NCBI GenBank assembly: GCA_041946735.1
Contig: JBHGAY010000010.1
Location: 1-64,000 of the forward strand
Reading direction: 5' to 3'
Source: Candidatus Eiseniibacteriota bacterium
GTDB taxonomy: Bacteria; Eisenbacteria; RBG-16-71-46; CAIMUX01; VGJL01
DNA length: 64,000 bases
Below the pieces are notes generated by a model. That model searched no databases. It saw only the letters and a program-made list of their open reading frames with translations, and had not been told where the DNA came from. The translations under genes and the position numbers were made by a program. Of this stretch, positions 8,946-20,978 are shown piece after piece. The stretch's first letter is position 1; each line of letters starts with the position of its first letter.

Positions 8946-11105
8946 TTGTCCGATTCCACTGTCCGCGTCTGGCCCGGCAGCCCCGTTCCGCTCGGAGCGA
9001 ATTGGGACGGAGCGGGCGTCAACTTTGCCCTCTTCTCCGAGAACGCGACCGCCGTCGACCTCTGTCTGTTCGAATCGCCGGATGCAGAGCGCGAGTCGGC
9101 GCGCATCCGCATGCCGGAGCAGACCGACCTGGTCTGGCACTGCTACCTGCCCGATGCCCGCCCGCGGCAACTCTACGGCTATCGGGTGCACGGTCCCTGG
9201 GAGCCGGAGAAGGGGCACCGCTTCAATCCGAACAAGGTAGTCTTCGACCCTTACGCCAAAGCGGTTGGGCGCGAGCTGCGCTGGGCGGACGAGATGTTCG
9301 GCTACCGGATCGGCGATCCGGAGGCCGACCTCGCTTTCGACGAGCGCGACAGCGCGGCGTTCGCCCCGCTCGCGATGGTCGTCGATCCCGCATTCACCTG
9401 GGGGGACGAGCGATCTCCGAACGTAGCCTTCCGAAACACGCTCATCTACGAACTGCACGTCAAGGGGTTCTCGAAACAGAACCCCCGCGTTCCGGAGCGG
9501 GCGCGCGGGACCTACGCGGGACTTGCTTCGGAAGAGTCGATCCGCTATCTCCACGACCTCGGGATCACCGCGGTCGAGCTGATGCCGGTCCATCAGTTCC
9601 TGAACGACCGGCATCTCGTCGAGAAGGGGCTCGGCAATTACTGGGGCTACAACACCTACGGATTCTTCGCGCCGCATCTCGGCTATTGGTCGGGCGATCC
9701 GGCAGTCGACGTCGTGACCGAGTTCAAGATCCTGGTCCGCAACCTGCACCAGGCCGGGATCGAGGTGATCCTCGACGTGGTGTACAACCACACGGCGGAA
9801 GGCAACGAGCTGGGGCCGACGATCACGTTCCGCGGAATCGACAATGCCTCGTACTACAGGCTTTCGGCCGAGAACTGCCGCTACTACCAGGACTTCACCG
9901 GCACCGGCAACACCCTGAACATGCGCCACCCGCGAGTTCTGCAGCTCATCATGGACAGCCTGCGGTACTGGGTCACCGACCTGCATGTCGACGGCTTCCG
10001 CTTCGATCTGGCAAGCGCGCTTGCCAGGGAGCTTCATGAGGTCGACAAGCTGAGCGCCTTCTTCGATATCATCCACCAGGATCCGATTCTCTCTCGCGTA
10101 AAGCTGATCGCGGAGCCGTGGGACGTCGGCGAGGGAGGCTACCAGGTCGGCAACTTCCCGGCGGGTTGGGCCGAATGGAACGGCAAGTACCGGGACGCGG
10201 TGCGCCGCTTCTGGCGCGGGGATGGAGGGGCGGTCTCGGAGTTCGCGACGCGAATCGCCGGCTCGAGCGATCTGTACGAGAAGAGCGGTCGCCGTCCCCA
10301 TGCGAGCGTCAACTTCGTCACGGCGCACGACGGCTTCACGCTTCACGACCTCGTCAGCTACAACGAGAAGCACAACGAGGCGAACAAGGAAGACAATCGC
10401 GACGGCGAGGGCAACAACCTGAGCTGGAACTGCGGCGCCGAGGGCCCCACCGACGATCCGGAGATCCTCGCGCTGCGCGCGCGTCAGATGCGGAACTTCC
10501 TCACCACGCTCCTCGTATCGCAAGGGATGCCGATGCTGTCCCATGGGGACGAGATGGGCCGGAGCCAGAACGGGAACAACAACGCCTACTGCCAGGACAA
10601 CGAGCTGGCCTGGATGTCGTGGGATCTCGACGAATCGAAGAAGCGGCTTCTGGAGTTTACCCGCGGGCTGATCCGCTTGTGGCGCGAGCAGCCGGTCTTC
10701 AAGCGGAGGAGCTTCTTCCAGGGAAGAAGCATCCGAGGCAGCGAGGTCCACGACATCGTGTGGCTGGATCCGAGCGGCCAGCAGATGTCGGACGATGCGT
10801 GGAACGCCGGGTTCGTCCGGGCGCTCGGCGTGCTCCTCGGCGGCGACACCGGAGAGGTCGACGAGAAGGGGGACCCGATCGTCGGCGACACGATCCTCGT
10901 CCTCTGGAACGCGAGCGCCGAGGAGATCCGCTTCCGGATCCCGAATCAGCAGACGGGGGCCTGGGAGCGTGTCGTCGACACGTACGAGGAACAGGCGCCA
11001 CCAGAACAGGTCGCGGGCAACGAGGAGTATGTCCTGCGGGCACGCACCACCGCCGTCTTCCGCGTCCCCCGTGTGAGGACGGACCAGGGGGACTCGGGTC
11101 GATGA
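8946..11105 (+). CDS. glgX: Glycogen debranching enzyme / isoamylase (GH13)
   Basis: [45 protein letters not shown] and [10 protein letters not shown]. Confidence 0.96.
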   Translation: MSDSTVRVWPGSPVPLGANWDGAGVNFALFSENATAVDLCLFESPDAERESARIRMPEQTDLVWHCYLPDARPRQLYGYRVHGPWEPEKGHRFNPNKVVFDPYAKAVGRELRWADEMFGYRIGDPEADLAFDERDSAAFAPLAMVVDPAFTWGDERSPNVAFRNTLIYELHVKGFSKQNPRVPERARGTYAGLASEESIRYLHDLGITAVELMPVHQFLNDRHLVEKGLGNYWGYNTYGFFAPHLGYWSGDPAVDVVTEFKILVRNLHQAGIEVILDVVYNHTAEGNELGPTITFRGIDNASYYRLSAENCRYYQDFTGTGNTLNMRHPRVLQLIMDSLRYWVTDLHVDGFRFDLASALARELHEVDKLSAFFDIIHQDPILSRVKLIAEPWDVGEGGYQVGNFPAGWAEWNGKYRDAVRRFWRGDGGAVSEFATRIAGSSDLYEKSGRRPHASVNFVTAHDGFTLHDLVSYNEKHNEANKEDNRDGEGNNLSWNCGAEGPTDDPEILALRARQMRNFLTTLLVSQGMPMLSHGDEMGRSQNGNNNAYCQDNELAWMSWDLDESKKRLLEFTRGLIRLWREQPVFKRRSFFQGRSIRGSEVHDIVWLDPSGQQMSDDAWNAGFVRALGVLLGGDTGEVDEKGDPIVGDTILVLWNASAEEIRFRIPNQQTGAWERVVDTYEEQAPPEQVAGNEEYVLRARTTAVFRVPRVRTDQGDSGR

Positions 11106-13246
11106 GCCGGCGCTCGCGCGAGGCCGCGAGCGCTGCAGGCGAGGGGCTCCCGCGGCCGGAGGAACTGCACCCGTCCCGCGCGGCTGTCTCCGGCATGAAG
11201 CTCGGGGACAACCGCGCGAGGGCGGAGAGGATCGCGATCGAGCGGATCCATCCGGAGATCGAAGGCGGCCGGTTTGCGGCGAAGCGCGCGATCGGCGAGA
11301 CGTTCGTGGTCGAGGCGGACGTCTTCGCCGACGGGCACGACGAGGTCCGCGCCGTGCTCCTGTACCGATCCGAGCGGCGAGACCCCGCCCCGGAGAACTC
11401 CCGAGCCGGGAGCTTCGCCTGGGCGGAGATACCGATGGAGCCGATCGGCAACGACCGCTACCGCGCCTCGTTCCGTCCGGACGCGCTCGGCCGGCACTGG
11501 TACACGGTCGCAGGATGGATCGACCCCTTCGCGACCTGGCGCAAGGGGATCCTGAAGAAGATCGAGGCCAAACAGGACGTGGACGTCGACCTCCGGATCG
11601 GCGCGGCGCTGGTCGAGGAGGCGGCGGCGAGGGCGACGGGAGAGGATCGCGAGTTCCTCGCATCCTGCGCGCGCAAGCTCCGCGGGGACGGCGGGGACGG
11701 AGCGGATGGCGCGGCTCGCGGGAGGATCGCCGCGAGCGCCGAGCTGATGGATCGGATGGCGCGGTGGCCCGACCGGAGCGGAGAGGCGCGTCGCGATCCC
11801 CCCTTGCCGCTCGTCGTCGACCGGGAGCGCGCTCGCCATGGCGCCTGGTACGAGATGTTCCCTCGCTCGGTCTGGGGGGCGCAAGGCGAGCACGCGACTT
11901 TCGCGGATTGCGAGAAGCGGCTTCCCTACATCGCGTCGCTCGGCTTCGACGTCCTCTATCTGCCCCCGATCCATCCGATCGGCGTCGCGCATCGCAAGGG
12001 CCGCAACAACACGCCCTCGGCAGGGCCGGACGATCCCGGGAGCCCGTGGGCGATCGGATCGGCGGAAGGCGGCCATGATGCGGTGCATCCCCGGCTCGGG
12101 TCGCTCGCCGACCTGCGCCGGCTGATCGCGCGCGCACGCGAGCACGGGATCGAGATCGCGCTCGATCTCGCGCTGCAGACCTCTCCCGATCATCCGTGGA
12201 CGCGCGAGCATCCGGAGTGGTTCCGGCGGCGGCCGGATGGGACGATCCAGTACGCGGAGAATCCTCCCAAGAAGTACGAGGACATCTACCCGATCGACTT
12301 CGAGTCGGCCGACCGGGACGCGCTCTGGCGGGAGGCGCGGCGGATCGTCCGGTTCTGGTGCGATCAGGGGATCCGCATCTTCCGCGTCGACAACCCGCAT
12401 ACGAAGCCGTTCGCGTTCTGGGAATGGTTGATCGAATCGATTCGCGAGGAGCACCCCGACGTGCTGTTCCTCGCCGAAGCGTTCACGCGGCCGAAGATCG
12501 TCTACCGTCTCGCGAAGCTGGGATTCAACCAGTCGTACAACTACTTCCCGTGGCGAAACTCCAAGTGGGAACTGACCGACTACTTCACGGAGCTGACCCG
12601 CGGCGAGGCGCGCGAGTACTTCCGGCCGAACCTCTGGACGAACACGCCGGACATCCTCACGGAGTACCTGCAGGTGGGCGGGCTGCCAGCGTTCCGTGTG
12701 AGGCTCGTCCTCGCCGGGCTTCTGGGCGCGAGCTACGGCATCTATGGCCCCGTCTTCGAACTGGGGGAGAACCTTCCGTCCAAGCCGGGGAGCGAGGAGT
12801 ACCGGGATTCCGAGAAGTACGAGATCCGGCACTGGGACGTCGACCGCGCGGATTCGCTGGCGCCGCTCATCCGGGAGGTGAACCGGATCCGCCGGGAGAA
12901 CCCGGCCCTGCAGCGTGACGCGGGGCTGCAGTTCCACCCGATCGACAACGACCGGATGCTGGCGTTCACGAAGGAGTCGGAGGACCGCGCCAACGTGGTG
13001 CTCGCTGTCGTGAATCTCGATCCCCGGAATGCGCAGTCCGGGTGGCTGCATTTCCCGCTCGAGCCGCTCCGGCTCGACCCGCGCCGCCCGTTCGCGGTAG
13101 AGGATCTGCTCGAGGGGACGCGGACCCTATGGCAGGGGAAACGGAACCTGGTGCGCCTCGATCCGGCGCTCGGGCCGGCGATGATCGCGCGGATCCATCC
13201 GCACATGCGAACCGAGCAGGACTTCGAATACTTCCTCGGATCTTGA
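11102..13246 (+). CDS. glgE: Alpha-1,4-glucan:maltose-1-phosphate maltosyltransferase
   Basis: [54 protein letters not shown] and NTPDIL. ATG 11102 overlaps the glgX stop. Confidence 0.95.
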   Translation: MSRRSREAASAAGEGLPRPEELHPSRAAVSGMKLGDNRARAERIAIERIHPEIEGGRFAAKRAIGETFVVEADVFADGHDEVRAVLLYRSERRDPAPENSRAGSFAWAEIPMEPIGNDRYRASFRPDALGRHWYTVAGWIDPFATWRKGILKKIEAKQDVDVDLRIGAALVEEAAARATGEDREFLASCARKLRGDGGDGADGAARGRIAASAELMDRMARWPDRSGEARRDPPLPLVVDRERARHGAWYEMFPRSVWGAQGEHATFADCEKRLPYIASLGFDVLYLPPIHPIGVAHRKGRNNTPSAGPDDPGSPWAIGSAEGGHDAVHPRLGSLADLRRLIARAREHGIEIALDLALQTSPDHPWTREHPEWFRRRPDGTIQYAENPPKKYEDIYPIDFESADRDALWREARRIVRFWCDQGIRIFRVDNPHTKPFAFWEWLIESIREEHPDVLFLAEAFTRPKIVYRLAKLGFNQSYNYFPWRNSKWELTDYFTELTRGEAREYFRPNLWTNTPDILTEYLQVGGLPAFRVRLVLAGLLGASYGIYGPVFELGENLPSKPGSEEYRDSEKYEIRHWDVDRADSLAPLIREVNRIRRENPALQRDAGLQFHPIDNDRMLAFTKESEDRANVVLAVVNLDPRNAQSGWLHFPLEPLRLDPRRPFAVEDLLEGTRTLWQGKRNLVRLDPALGPAMIARIHPHMRTEQDFEYFLGS

Positions 13247-13360
13247 GGAGGAGCGCGAAGAGACGCGCGGAGAGGTTGGGCGAGGCGGGGCGGGGCGAGG
13301 CGACGCGAAGGGTATGCGGCGCGAGAGAGAGACAGAGACGCAACGCGAGGGGCGCGGAGG

Positions 13361-16300
13361 ATGGCCAACGGCATGGTCGAGAATGGACAGGAAAAGGATC
13401 ACGGCCCGGAAGATCCGCTCTGGTACAAGGACGCGATCCTCTACGAGGTGCACGTCCGCGCGTTCTCCGACAGCGACGAGGACGGGATCGGCGATTTCCG
13501 CGGCTTGACCGGCAAGCTCGACTACCTCAAAGACCTCGGAGTCACCGCGATCTGGCTGCTGCCGTTCTATCCGTCCCCACTGCGCGACGACGGCTACGAC
13601 ATCGCGGACTATGAGGGGGTGCATCCGTCCTACGGGACGATCGGCGAGTTCCGCGCCTTCCTGCGCGAAGCCCACCGGCTGGGGATGCAGGTGATCACCG
13701 AGCTGGTGATGAACCACACATCCGATCTGCACCCGTGGTTTCAACGCGCCCGGCTCGCCGCGCCCGGCAGTCGCCACCGCGACTACTACGTATGGAGCGA
13801 CTCGCAGGAGAAGTACGCGGACGCGCGGATCATCTTCAAAGATTTCGAGGTGTCGAACTGGACGTGGGACCGCGACGCGAAGCAGTTCTACTGGCACCGC
13901 TTCTATTCGCATCAACCCGACCTGAACTTCGACAATCCCCGGGTGCACCGCGAGATGCTGCGCCTCGTCGACTTCTGGCTCGGGATGGGCGTCGACGGGC
14001 TGCGGCTCGACGCGATCCCGTATCTGTTCGAGCGGGAGGGGACGAACTGCGAGAACCTTCCCGAGACGCACGCGTTCCTCCGATCCCTGCGGCGGCATGT
14101 CGGCGCGAAGTTCCGCAACCGTATGCTGCTTGCCGAAGCGAACCAATGGCCCGAGGACGCTGTCGCCTACTTCGGAAACGGGGATGAATGCCATATGGCG
14201 TTCCAGTTCCCGGTGATGCCGCGAATGTTCCTGTCGATGAGGATGGAGGATCGCTTTCCGCTTCTCGACATCCTGCAGCAGACGCCGGCCATCCCGGAGA
14301 ATGCGCAGTGGGCGGTCTTCCTGCGCAATCACGACGAGCTGACGCTGGAGATGGTGACCGACGAGGAGCGGGACTACATGTACCGCGTCTATGCGCAGGA
14401 GAGGCAGGCGAGGCTCAATCTCGGGATACGGCGCCGCCTCGCTCCGCTCCTGGACAATCACCGGCCGCGCATCGAGCTGATGAACGGCCTGCTGTTCTCG
14501 CTCCCGGGCACTCCGGTCCTCTACTACGGCGACGAGATCGGAATGGGAGACAACATCTACCTCGGGGATCGAAACGGCGTGCGGACGCCGATGCAATGGA
14601 GCGGAGACCGAAACGCCGGCTTCTCGCGGGCGAATCCGCAGCGCCTCTACCTCCCGGTCATCATCGACCCCGAGTACCACTTCGAGAAGGTGAACGTCGA
14701 GAGCCAGCTGAAGAACCGCCACTCCCTCCTGTGGTGGATGAAGCGGCTGATCGCCTTGCGGAAGAACTACAAGGCGTTCGGCCGCGGCTCCCTGAAGCTC
14801 CTCTATCCGCGCAATCCGAAGATCCTCGCCTTTCTGCGGGAGTACGAGAACGAGAAGATCCTCGTGATCGCGAATCTCTCCCGCTTCACGCAATACGTCG
14901 AGCTGGACCTCCGCGAATATGCCGGCATGGTGCCGGTCGAGCTGTTCGGCCGCACGCAGTTCCCTCCCATCGGCGAGACGTCGTACCTCATGACGCTCTC
15001 GCATCACGCCTTCTACTGGTTTGCGCTCGAGAGAGCGCAGGCGCCGGTCGAAGCGTCGGCGGAGCGCAAAGCGGACCTTCCCTCGATCCGCCTCCGCGGA
15101 GAATGGGACTCGCTCTTCGAGGACGGAGACAGGTCGAAGCTCGAGGCGCTGCTTCCGCGCTACCTGGCCGGCAAGCGGTGGTTCGCGGGGAAGGCGCGGA
15201 CCGTGCAGGGCGTGGAGCTGCTCGACGCGATCGAGATGCCGGGAGCCTTCGCCGCAGGCATCGCGACGGGCGGAACCGCGGCGCCGGGCGCAACCGCGGC
15301 GCCGGCCGCGGCCGCGGCAGCGGGCATGGCCGGCGCATCAGCAGGCGCCGGCACCGCGGCGGGCATCGGAACGAGCATGGGGACGGGCGCCGGCGGCGGC
15401 GCCGGTCCCGGATCGTCGCGGTCCTCCTTCTTCGTCCTCGTGCGGGTCGATTACACGGAGGGAGACTCCGAGAACTACTTCCTGACTCTCGGCTACGTGA
15501 CGGGGGAGGAGGCCGAGAAGGTGCGGGCGTCTTCGCCCACGCTCGTTCTCGCTCGTCTGACGGCGAACGGTCGGGAGGGATTGCTGATCGAGTCGATGGC
15601 CGAGGAGTCCTTTTGCGAATCTCTGCTGCGCGCGATCGAGCGACGCCGCCGCTTCGGCAGGGAAGGGGAGGTGCAGGGCCGGCCGACCGCCTCGTTCCGC
15701 GCTCTTCGCGGCGATCCGGCCGAGCCCCTCCCGGTGAAGGTGACCGGTGGCGAGCAGAGCAATACCTCGATGGTCTACGGAGATCGGTTCATCCTGAAGC
15801 TCTTCCGGAAGATCGACGAAGGGGTGAATCCGGACCTGGAGATCGGGCGGCATTTGTCCGAAAAGGTGCGATATCCCAATACCCCGCTCGTCGCCGGCTC
15901 GATCGAATACCGGCGCCCGGACGCCGCCGAGCCGATGACGCTCGCGATCCTGCAGCAGTTCGTGCCGAACGAAGGCGATGCGTGGCGCTACACCCTCTCG
16001 AGCCTCGCCGACTATTTCGATCGAGTGCAGGCGGCCCGCCATGATCTGATGCGGCCCGACCTGCGGCAGGCCTCGGTGGTCGATCTTGCCCGCGCCGATC
16101 CCGATCCGAAGAGCTTCGACCTGATCGGTCCGTACCTGAGCATGGTCCAGCTCCTCGCCGAGAGGACGGCGCAGCTCCACATCGCGCTCGCGGCCGACGC
16201 GCGCGATCCGAACTTCGCCCCCGAACCGTTCGGCGCGCTGTATCAGCGCTCCCTCTATCAGTCGATGCGGACGCTCACCGTCCGGTCGATGGAGCTGCTG

Positions 16301-16897
16301 CGACGCCGGCTCGCCTCGCTTCCGGACGCGATTCGTGGCGAGGGGGAGGAGATCCTGCGGGCGCAGCCGAAGATCGAGCAGAAGTTCCAGCGGCTCCTGC
16401 AGGGGAAGATCAGCGGGCGGCGGATCCGCGTGCACGGCGACTATCACCTGGGGCAGGTGCTGTTCACCGGGAAGGACTTCCTGATCATCGATTTCGAGGG
16501 AGAGCCGGCGCATTCGTTGGGAGAGCGGCGGATCAAACGCTCGGCGTTGCGCGACGTCGCGGGGATGCTGCGGTCCTTCCACTACGCGGCGTACACCGCG
16601 CTGGCGACGGAGGCGGAGCCGGGAGGGGTGGCACACTCCGCCGATGGAGTCGAGCCGATCGAGCCCTGGGCCCGCTGGTGGTATATGTGGGTGAGCGCGG
16701 CGTTCCTCCGCCGCTACCTCGAGCGCACCGCCGGCTCGGGGCTTCTCCCCTCGACCGATGAGGAGTTGAAGATCCTGTTCGACTGCTATCTGATGGAGAA
16801 AGCGGTCTACGAGCTCGCCTACGAGCTGAACAACAGGCCGGACTGGGTGCGCATTCCGATACAAGGGATCCAGCAGGTCCTGACGGAGGTGGCGTGA
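13361..16897 (+). CDS. treS: Trehalose synthase fused to maltokinase (TreS-Pep2/Mak)
   Basis: GH13 motifs WLLPFYPSPLRDDGYD, GLRLDAIPYL, LAEANQW and FLRNHDELTLEMV. Kinase motifs EQSNTS, RIRVHGDYHLGQVL, IIDFEGEP and RDVAGMLRSF. Confidence 0.96.
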   Translation: MANGMVENGQEKDHGPEDPLWYKDAILYEVHVRAFSDSDEDGIGDFRGLTGKLDYLKDLGVTAIWLLPFYPSPLRDDGYDIADYEGVHPSYGTIGEFRAFLREAHRLGMQVITELVMNHTSDLHPWFQRARLAAPGSRHRDYYVWSDSQEKYADARIIFKDFEVSNWTWDRDAKQFYWHRFYSHQPDLNFDNPRVHREMLRLVDFWLGMGVDGLRLDAIPYLFEREGTNCENLPETHAFLRSLRRHVGAKFRNRMLLAEANQWPEDAVAYFGNGDECHMAFQFPVMPRMFLSMRMEDRFPLLDILQQTPAIPENAQWAVFLRNHDELTLEMVTDEERDYMYRVYAQERQARLNLGIRRRLAPLLDNHRPRIELMNGLLFSLPGTPVLYYGDEIGMGDNIYLGDRNGVRTPMQWSGDRNAGFSRANPQRLYLPVIIDPEYHFEKVNVESQLKNRHSLLWWMKRLIALRKNYKAFGRGSLKLLYPRNPKILAFLREYENEKILVIANLSRFTQYVELDLREYAGMVPVELFGRTQFPPIGETSYLMTLSHHAFYWFALERAQAPVEASAERKADLPSIRLRGEWDSLFEDGDRSKLEALLPRYLAGKRWFAGKARTVQGVELLDAIEMPGAFAAGIATGGTAAPGATAAPAAAAAAGMAGASAGAGTAAGIGTSMGTGAGGGAGPGSSRSSFFVLVRVDYTEGDSENYFLTLGYVTGEEAEKVRASSPTLVLARLTANGREGLLIESMAEESFCESLLRAIERRRRFGREGEVQGRPTASFRALRGDPAEPLPVKVTGGEQSNTSMVYGDRFILKLFRKIDEGVNPDLEIGRHLSEKVRYPNTPLVAGSIEYRRPDAAEPMTLAILQQFVPNEGDAWRYTLSSLADYFDRVQAARHDLMRPDLRQASVVDLARADPDPKSFDLIGPYLSMVQLLAERTAQLHIALAADARDPNFAPEPFGALYQRSLYQSMRTLTVRSMELLRRRLASLPDAIRGEGEEILRAQPKIEQKFQRLLQGKISGRRIRVHGDYHLGQVLFTGKDFLIIDFEGEPAHSLGERRIKRSALRDVAGMLRSFHYAAYTALATEAEPGGVAHSADGVEPIEPWARWWYMWVSAAFLRRYLERTAGSGLLPSTDEELKILFDCYLMEKAVYELAYELNNRPDWVRIPIQGIQQVLTEVA

Positions 16898-19134
16898 GCC
16901 TGCGGCGCGACGATGAGCTTCTACGTCCCCTGCAGCTTCTCGCACGCTCGCACGGGATCCAGACGGAATACCGGGACGTGTTCGGGCGCGAGCGCGTTGC
17001 CGACGCCGAAACCTTGCTCGCCGTGCTGCGCACGCTCGGCGCGCCCCTCGGGCGGCCGGAGGACGCGCGCGAGGCGCTGCACGAACGGCGCCTGCAAGGC
17101 TGGCGGCGTCTCTGCGAACCGGTCGGCGTCGCGTGGGACGGGAAGGCTAGCGGCATCGAGGTTCGTCTGCCCGGAGGAGATGCGGGCGGTGGCGGGCGCG
17201 GCGGCGGTGGCGGCCGCGAGCGGATCGGTTACGAGCTGCTCCTCGAGGACGGAGGCGAGGTGCGCGGGTCTGTCGCGCTCGGCGATCTCACGCCCGATGT
17301 CGTGCCGGTCGGCGGAGAGCTGTTCCGGCGCTATCGTGTCGATCTTCCCGACTCCCTTCCGCTCGGGTACCACCGGCTCCGGCTCGACGTCGCATCGGGC
17401 GCTTGCGATCAGATGCTGATCGCCGCGCCGGCGCGCGCGTTTCCGTCCGAAGGCGATCCTCCGTTGCATACCTGGGGGATCTTCCTGCCGCTCTACGCGC
17501 TGCGCACGGCGCGAAGCGAGGGGACCGCCGACCTCCGGGATCTTCGCGACTTGATCCGCTGGGTGAACGCGAAAGGAGGGGGATTGGTCGCGTCGCTGCC
17601 GATGCTTGCCGCGTTCCTCGACGACCCGTTCGAGCCCTCTCCCTACTCGCCGGTCAGCCGCCTGTTCTGGAACGAGCTGTACCTCGACCTCGAAGCCGCG
17701 TGCGATCTCGCCGGCCGGCCGGAGGTGGCGGTCCAGCGGCTATCCTCCGAGCAGCGCCGCGCCGAATCGGCCGCGCTCCGCCGGGAGGATCTGGTCGATT
17801 ACCGGCGCGCGATGGCGCACAAGCGTCCGATCCTCGAGGAGCTGGCGCAGTCCTTCTTCGACGAAGGAAGAGACCGCAGCGATCCCGACTATCGGAGCTA
17901 TCTGGAGCGCGCTCCGAGAGCGGAGGACTACGCGCGGTTCCGCGCCACGGTCGAGCGCCATCACGCGACATGGCAGGCGTGGCCGGAGCGGCAGCGCGAT
18001 GGGACGCTCCAGGACGGGGACTTCGATCTTGCGGCCATGCGCGCCCACCTCTTCGCCCAGTACGCGCTCGATCGCCAGTTCCTCGATCTCGCGGAGACGA
18101 CTCGTCGCAGCGGTCCCGGCCTTTATCTGGACTTCCCGCTCGGAGTCAATGGCGGAGGCTACGACGTCTGGCGGGAGCGCGATTCGTTCGCGATCGGCGC
18201 TTCGGGAGGCGCTCCGCCGGACCTCTTCTTCCGCAAGGGGCAGGACTGGGGCTTCCCGCCTCCGCATCCGGAGCGGATCCGCGAGACCGGCTATCGCTAT
18301 CAAATCGATTCGCTGCGCCGGCATCTCCGCTATGCGGGGGTGCTGCGGATCGATCACGTGATGGGACTCCATCGTCTCTACTGGGTGCCGTGGGGGATGG
18401 AAGCGACGCGGGGAGCCTACGTCCGCTATCACGCGGACGAGCTGTTCGCGATCCTCGCTCTTGAATCGAGGCGGGCCGGATCCATGGTCGTGGGAGAGAA
18501 TCTCGGGACGGTGCCGAAGGAAGTGAACGAGGCGATGGAGCGCCATGGGATCCGGAAGATGTTCGTCCTGCAGTACGAGATCGTCGAGAGTGCCCAGGAG
18601 CTGCCGGCCGTGGTGCCGCCCGATTCGGTGGCGAGCGTGAATACGCACGACATGGCCACCTTCCGGTCGTTCCTCGAAGGGCTCGACATCGCGCGGCGCG
18701 TGGAGCTGGGCTTCCTGTCGGAGGAGGCGGCGGAGGAGGAGCGGGCCGGGAGGCGGCGGGTGCGGTCGAAGCTCGTCGAGTCCCTGTCGCAAGCCGGATG
18801 GATCGAAGGGCTGGCGGGGGACGATCCGGGCACGCGGACGATCCTCGAAGCGTCGCTCTCCTACCTGGCCGCGAGCGAGTCGGAGGTCGTGGTGGCGAGC
18901 CTCGAGGATCTGTGGCTGGAGGCGCAGGGGCAGAACGTGCCCGGGACCACGCAGGAGCATCCGAACTGGCGGAGGAAGGCCCGCTACGACCTGGAGGGGC
19001 TCGACCAGTTGCCGGCCGTGACGCAGCTCCTCGCGCGCATCGACAGGCTGCGCGGGGAGCGCGATGGCGAGGCGGGCCGGAGCGGAGAGCGCGATCGCGA
19101 GGAGGGCCGCCGCGAAGGAGAATCGGGAGCATGA
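16894..19134 (+). CDS. malQ: 4-alpha-glucanotransferase (amylomaltase, GH77)
   Basis: PSPYSPVSR, GAPPD..GQDWGFP, LRIDHVMGL, GENLGTVP, NTHD and NVPGT..PNWR. Confidence 0.94.
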   Translation: MSLRRDDELLRPLQLLARSHGIQTEYRDVFGRERVADAETLLAVLRTLGAPLGRPEDAREALHERRLQGWRRLCEPVGVAWDGKASGIEVRLPGGDAGGGGRGGGGGRERIGYELLLEDGGEVRGSVALGDLTPDVVPVGGELFRRYRVDLPDSLPLGYHRLRLDVASGACDQMLIAAPARAFPSEGDPPLHTWGIFLPLYALRTARSEGTADLRDLRDLIRWVNAKGGGLVASLPMLAAFLDDPFEPSPYSPVSRLFWNELYLDLEAACDLAGRPEVAVQRLSSEQRRAESAALRREDLVDYRRAMAHKRPILEELAQSFFDEGRDRSDPDYRSYLERAPRAEDYARFRATVERHHATWQAWPERQRDGTLQDGDFDLAAMRAHLFAQYALDRQFLDLAETTRRSGPGLYLDFPLGVNGGGYDVWRERDSFAIGASGGAPPDLFFRKGQDWGFPPPHPERIRETGYRYQIDSLRRHLRYAGVLRIDHVMGLHRLYWVPWGMEATRGAYVRYHADELFAILALESRRAGSMVVGENLGTVPKEVNEAMERHGIRKMFVLQYEIVESAQELPAVVPPDSVASVNTHDMATFRSFLEGLDIARRVELGFLSEEAAEEERAGRRRVRSKLVESLSQAGWIEGLAGDDPGTRTILEASLSYLAASESEVVVASLEDLWLEAQGQNVPGTTQEHPNWRRKARYDLEGLDQLPAVTQLLARIDRLRGERDGEAGRSGERDREEGRREGESGA

Positions 19135-20978
19135 TGGAGAGGACTCTCGGCGCGGTCTATCAGGGGGATGGCCGTTGCCGCTTCCGCGTCTGGGCGCCTC
19201 GCGCGAAGCAGGTGGAGGTGCATCTCCTCGGCGCGACCGACCGCTTCGTCGAGATGTCGCCGCGTCCCAGCGGCTACTGGCAGGTGACGGCCGACGGCGT
19301 CGCTCCGGGCACCCGCTATCGCTACCGCCTGGACGGCCAGCGCGAGCTGCCCGATCCTGCTTCGATCAGCCAGCCGGAAGGCGTTCACGGTCCTTCGCAG
19401 GTCTTGGATCCCGGCTTCCCCTGGAAGGACTCCGCATGGCCGGGGCTCGTTCTCGACGATTACGTGATCTATGAGATCCATGTCGGCGCGTACACGCCTC
19501 AAGGGACCTTCGACGCGATTCTCCCGCACCTTCCGGAGCTGCAGGACCTCGGGGTGACGGCAATCGAGATGATGCCGGTCGCCCAGTTCCCGGGCGAGCG
19601 CAACTGGGGATATGACGGCACCTATCCGTTCGCGGTGCAGAACAGCTATGGAGGGCCGCAAGGGCTGAAGCGCCTCGTCGACGCGTGCCATCGCGCCGGA
19701 ATCGCGGTGGTGCTCGACGTCGTCTACAACCATCTGGGTCCCGAGGGGAACTACCTCTTCGAATACGGGCCGTACAACAGCCGGCGGTACAAGCCGACCT
19801 GGGGAGATGCGCTGAACTTCGATGGCCCGGGGAGCGACGAGGTGCGCCAGTTCTTCATCGAGAACGCGTTCCACTGGCTGCGCGACTATCACGTGGACGC
19901 GCTGCGTCTCGACGCCGTCCATGGGATCTACGACTTCTCGGCGCGCACCTTCCTTCAGGAGCTGGCCGGCGACGTGCACGATCTGGGGAAGCAGATGAAC
20001 CGGCATGTCTACCTAATCCCCGAGAGCGACTTGAACGATGCGCGGCTGGTTCTCAGGCCCGAAATCGGCGGCTTCGGCCTCGACGCGCAATGGAACGACG
20101 ACTTCCATCATGCATTGCACACGCTGCTGACCGGGGAGCGGATGGGGTACTACCGCGACTTCGGGGAGCTTTCGTACCTCGCGCGCGCCTTCCGCGAGGG
20201 GTTCGTCTATTCCGGCCAGCGGTCGACGTACCGGAACCGGCGCCACGGAAGCTCTTCCCGGCTCGTTCGCGCCGACCAGATGGTCGTCTTCATCCAGAAC
20301 CACGACCAGGTCGGCAACCGGATGCGCGGCGAACGGATCGGGCGCCTCGTGGAGGAGGCGCGGCTCCGGCTGGCGGCGGCCGCGGTCATCCTCTCGCCCT
20401 ACCTTCCGCTTCTCTTCATGGGAGAGGAGTGGAACGAGACGGCCAGTTTCCCCTACTTCATTCAACACGGCGATCCCGGGCTGATCGAGTCGGTGCGCAA
20501 GGGACGGCAGCAGGAGTTCGCCGCCTTCGAATGGGAGCAGGAGCTGCCGGATCCGCAGGCGAACGAGACTTTCGAGGGGGCGAAGCTCCACCACGAGCTG
20601 AAGGAGCAGGAGCCGAACGCCGCGCTCCGCCGCTTCTACAAGGAGCTGCTGCGGGTGCGGAAGGAGATCCCGGCGCTCTCCCATCTCAGCAAGGACGACA
20701 TGGACGTGCTCGGACTCGAGGGGGAGAAGCTGCTCGTCGTCCACCGCTGGAAGGAGCGGAGTCAGGTCTATCTGCTCTTCAACTTCTCCAACCGTGCCGA
20801 GAGGGTGACCATCCCGGGATTCGGAGGGACGTGGGAACGGATCGTCGATTCGGAGGATCGGCGCTGGGGGGGCAGCGGGAGCGGCTCGCCCGAGACGCTC
20901 GACTTGCGCTCCTCGCTTCCGATCGAACTGCCTCCGCTGTCGTGTCTGGCCTACGCGAGTCGCGCGTGGAGGCTGTGA
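19131..20978 (+). CDS. treZ: Malto-oligosyltrehalose trehalohydrolase
   Basis: FRVWAP, PDPAS..QPEGVHGPS, RNWGYDG, DVVYNHLGPEGNYL, LRLDAVH, QWNDDFHH, IQNHDQVGNR and LFMGEEW. Confidence 0.95.
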   Translation: MMERTLGAVYQGDGRCRFRVWAPRAKQVEVHLLGATDRFVEMSPRPSGYWQVTADGVAPGTRYRYRLDGQRELPDPASISQPEGVHGPSQVLDPGFPWKDSAWPGLVLDDYVIYEIHVGAYTPQGTFDAILPHLPELQDLGVTAIEMMPVAQFPGERNWGYDGTYPFAVQNSYGGPQGLKRLVDACHRAGIAVVLDVVYNHLGPEGNYLFEYGPYNSRRYKPTWGDALNFDGPGSDEVRQFFIENAFHWLRDYHVDALRLDAVHGIYDFSARTFLQELAGDVHDLGKQMNRHVYLIPESDLNDARLVLRPEIGGFGLDAQWNDDFHHALHTLLTGERMGYYRDFGELSYLARAFREGFVYSGQRSTYRNRRHGSSSRLVRADQMVVFIQNHDQVGNRMRGERIGRLVEEARLRLAAAAVILSPYLPLLFMGEEWNETASFPYFIQHGDPGLIESVRKGRQQEFAAFEWEQELPDPQANETFEGAKLHHELKEQEPNAALRRFYKELLRVRKEIPALSHLSKDDMDVLGLEGEKLLVVHRWKERSQVYLLFNFSNRAERVTIPGFGGTWERIVDSEDRRWGGSGSGSPETLDLRSSLPIELPPLSCLAYASRAWRL

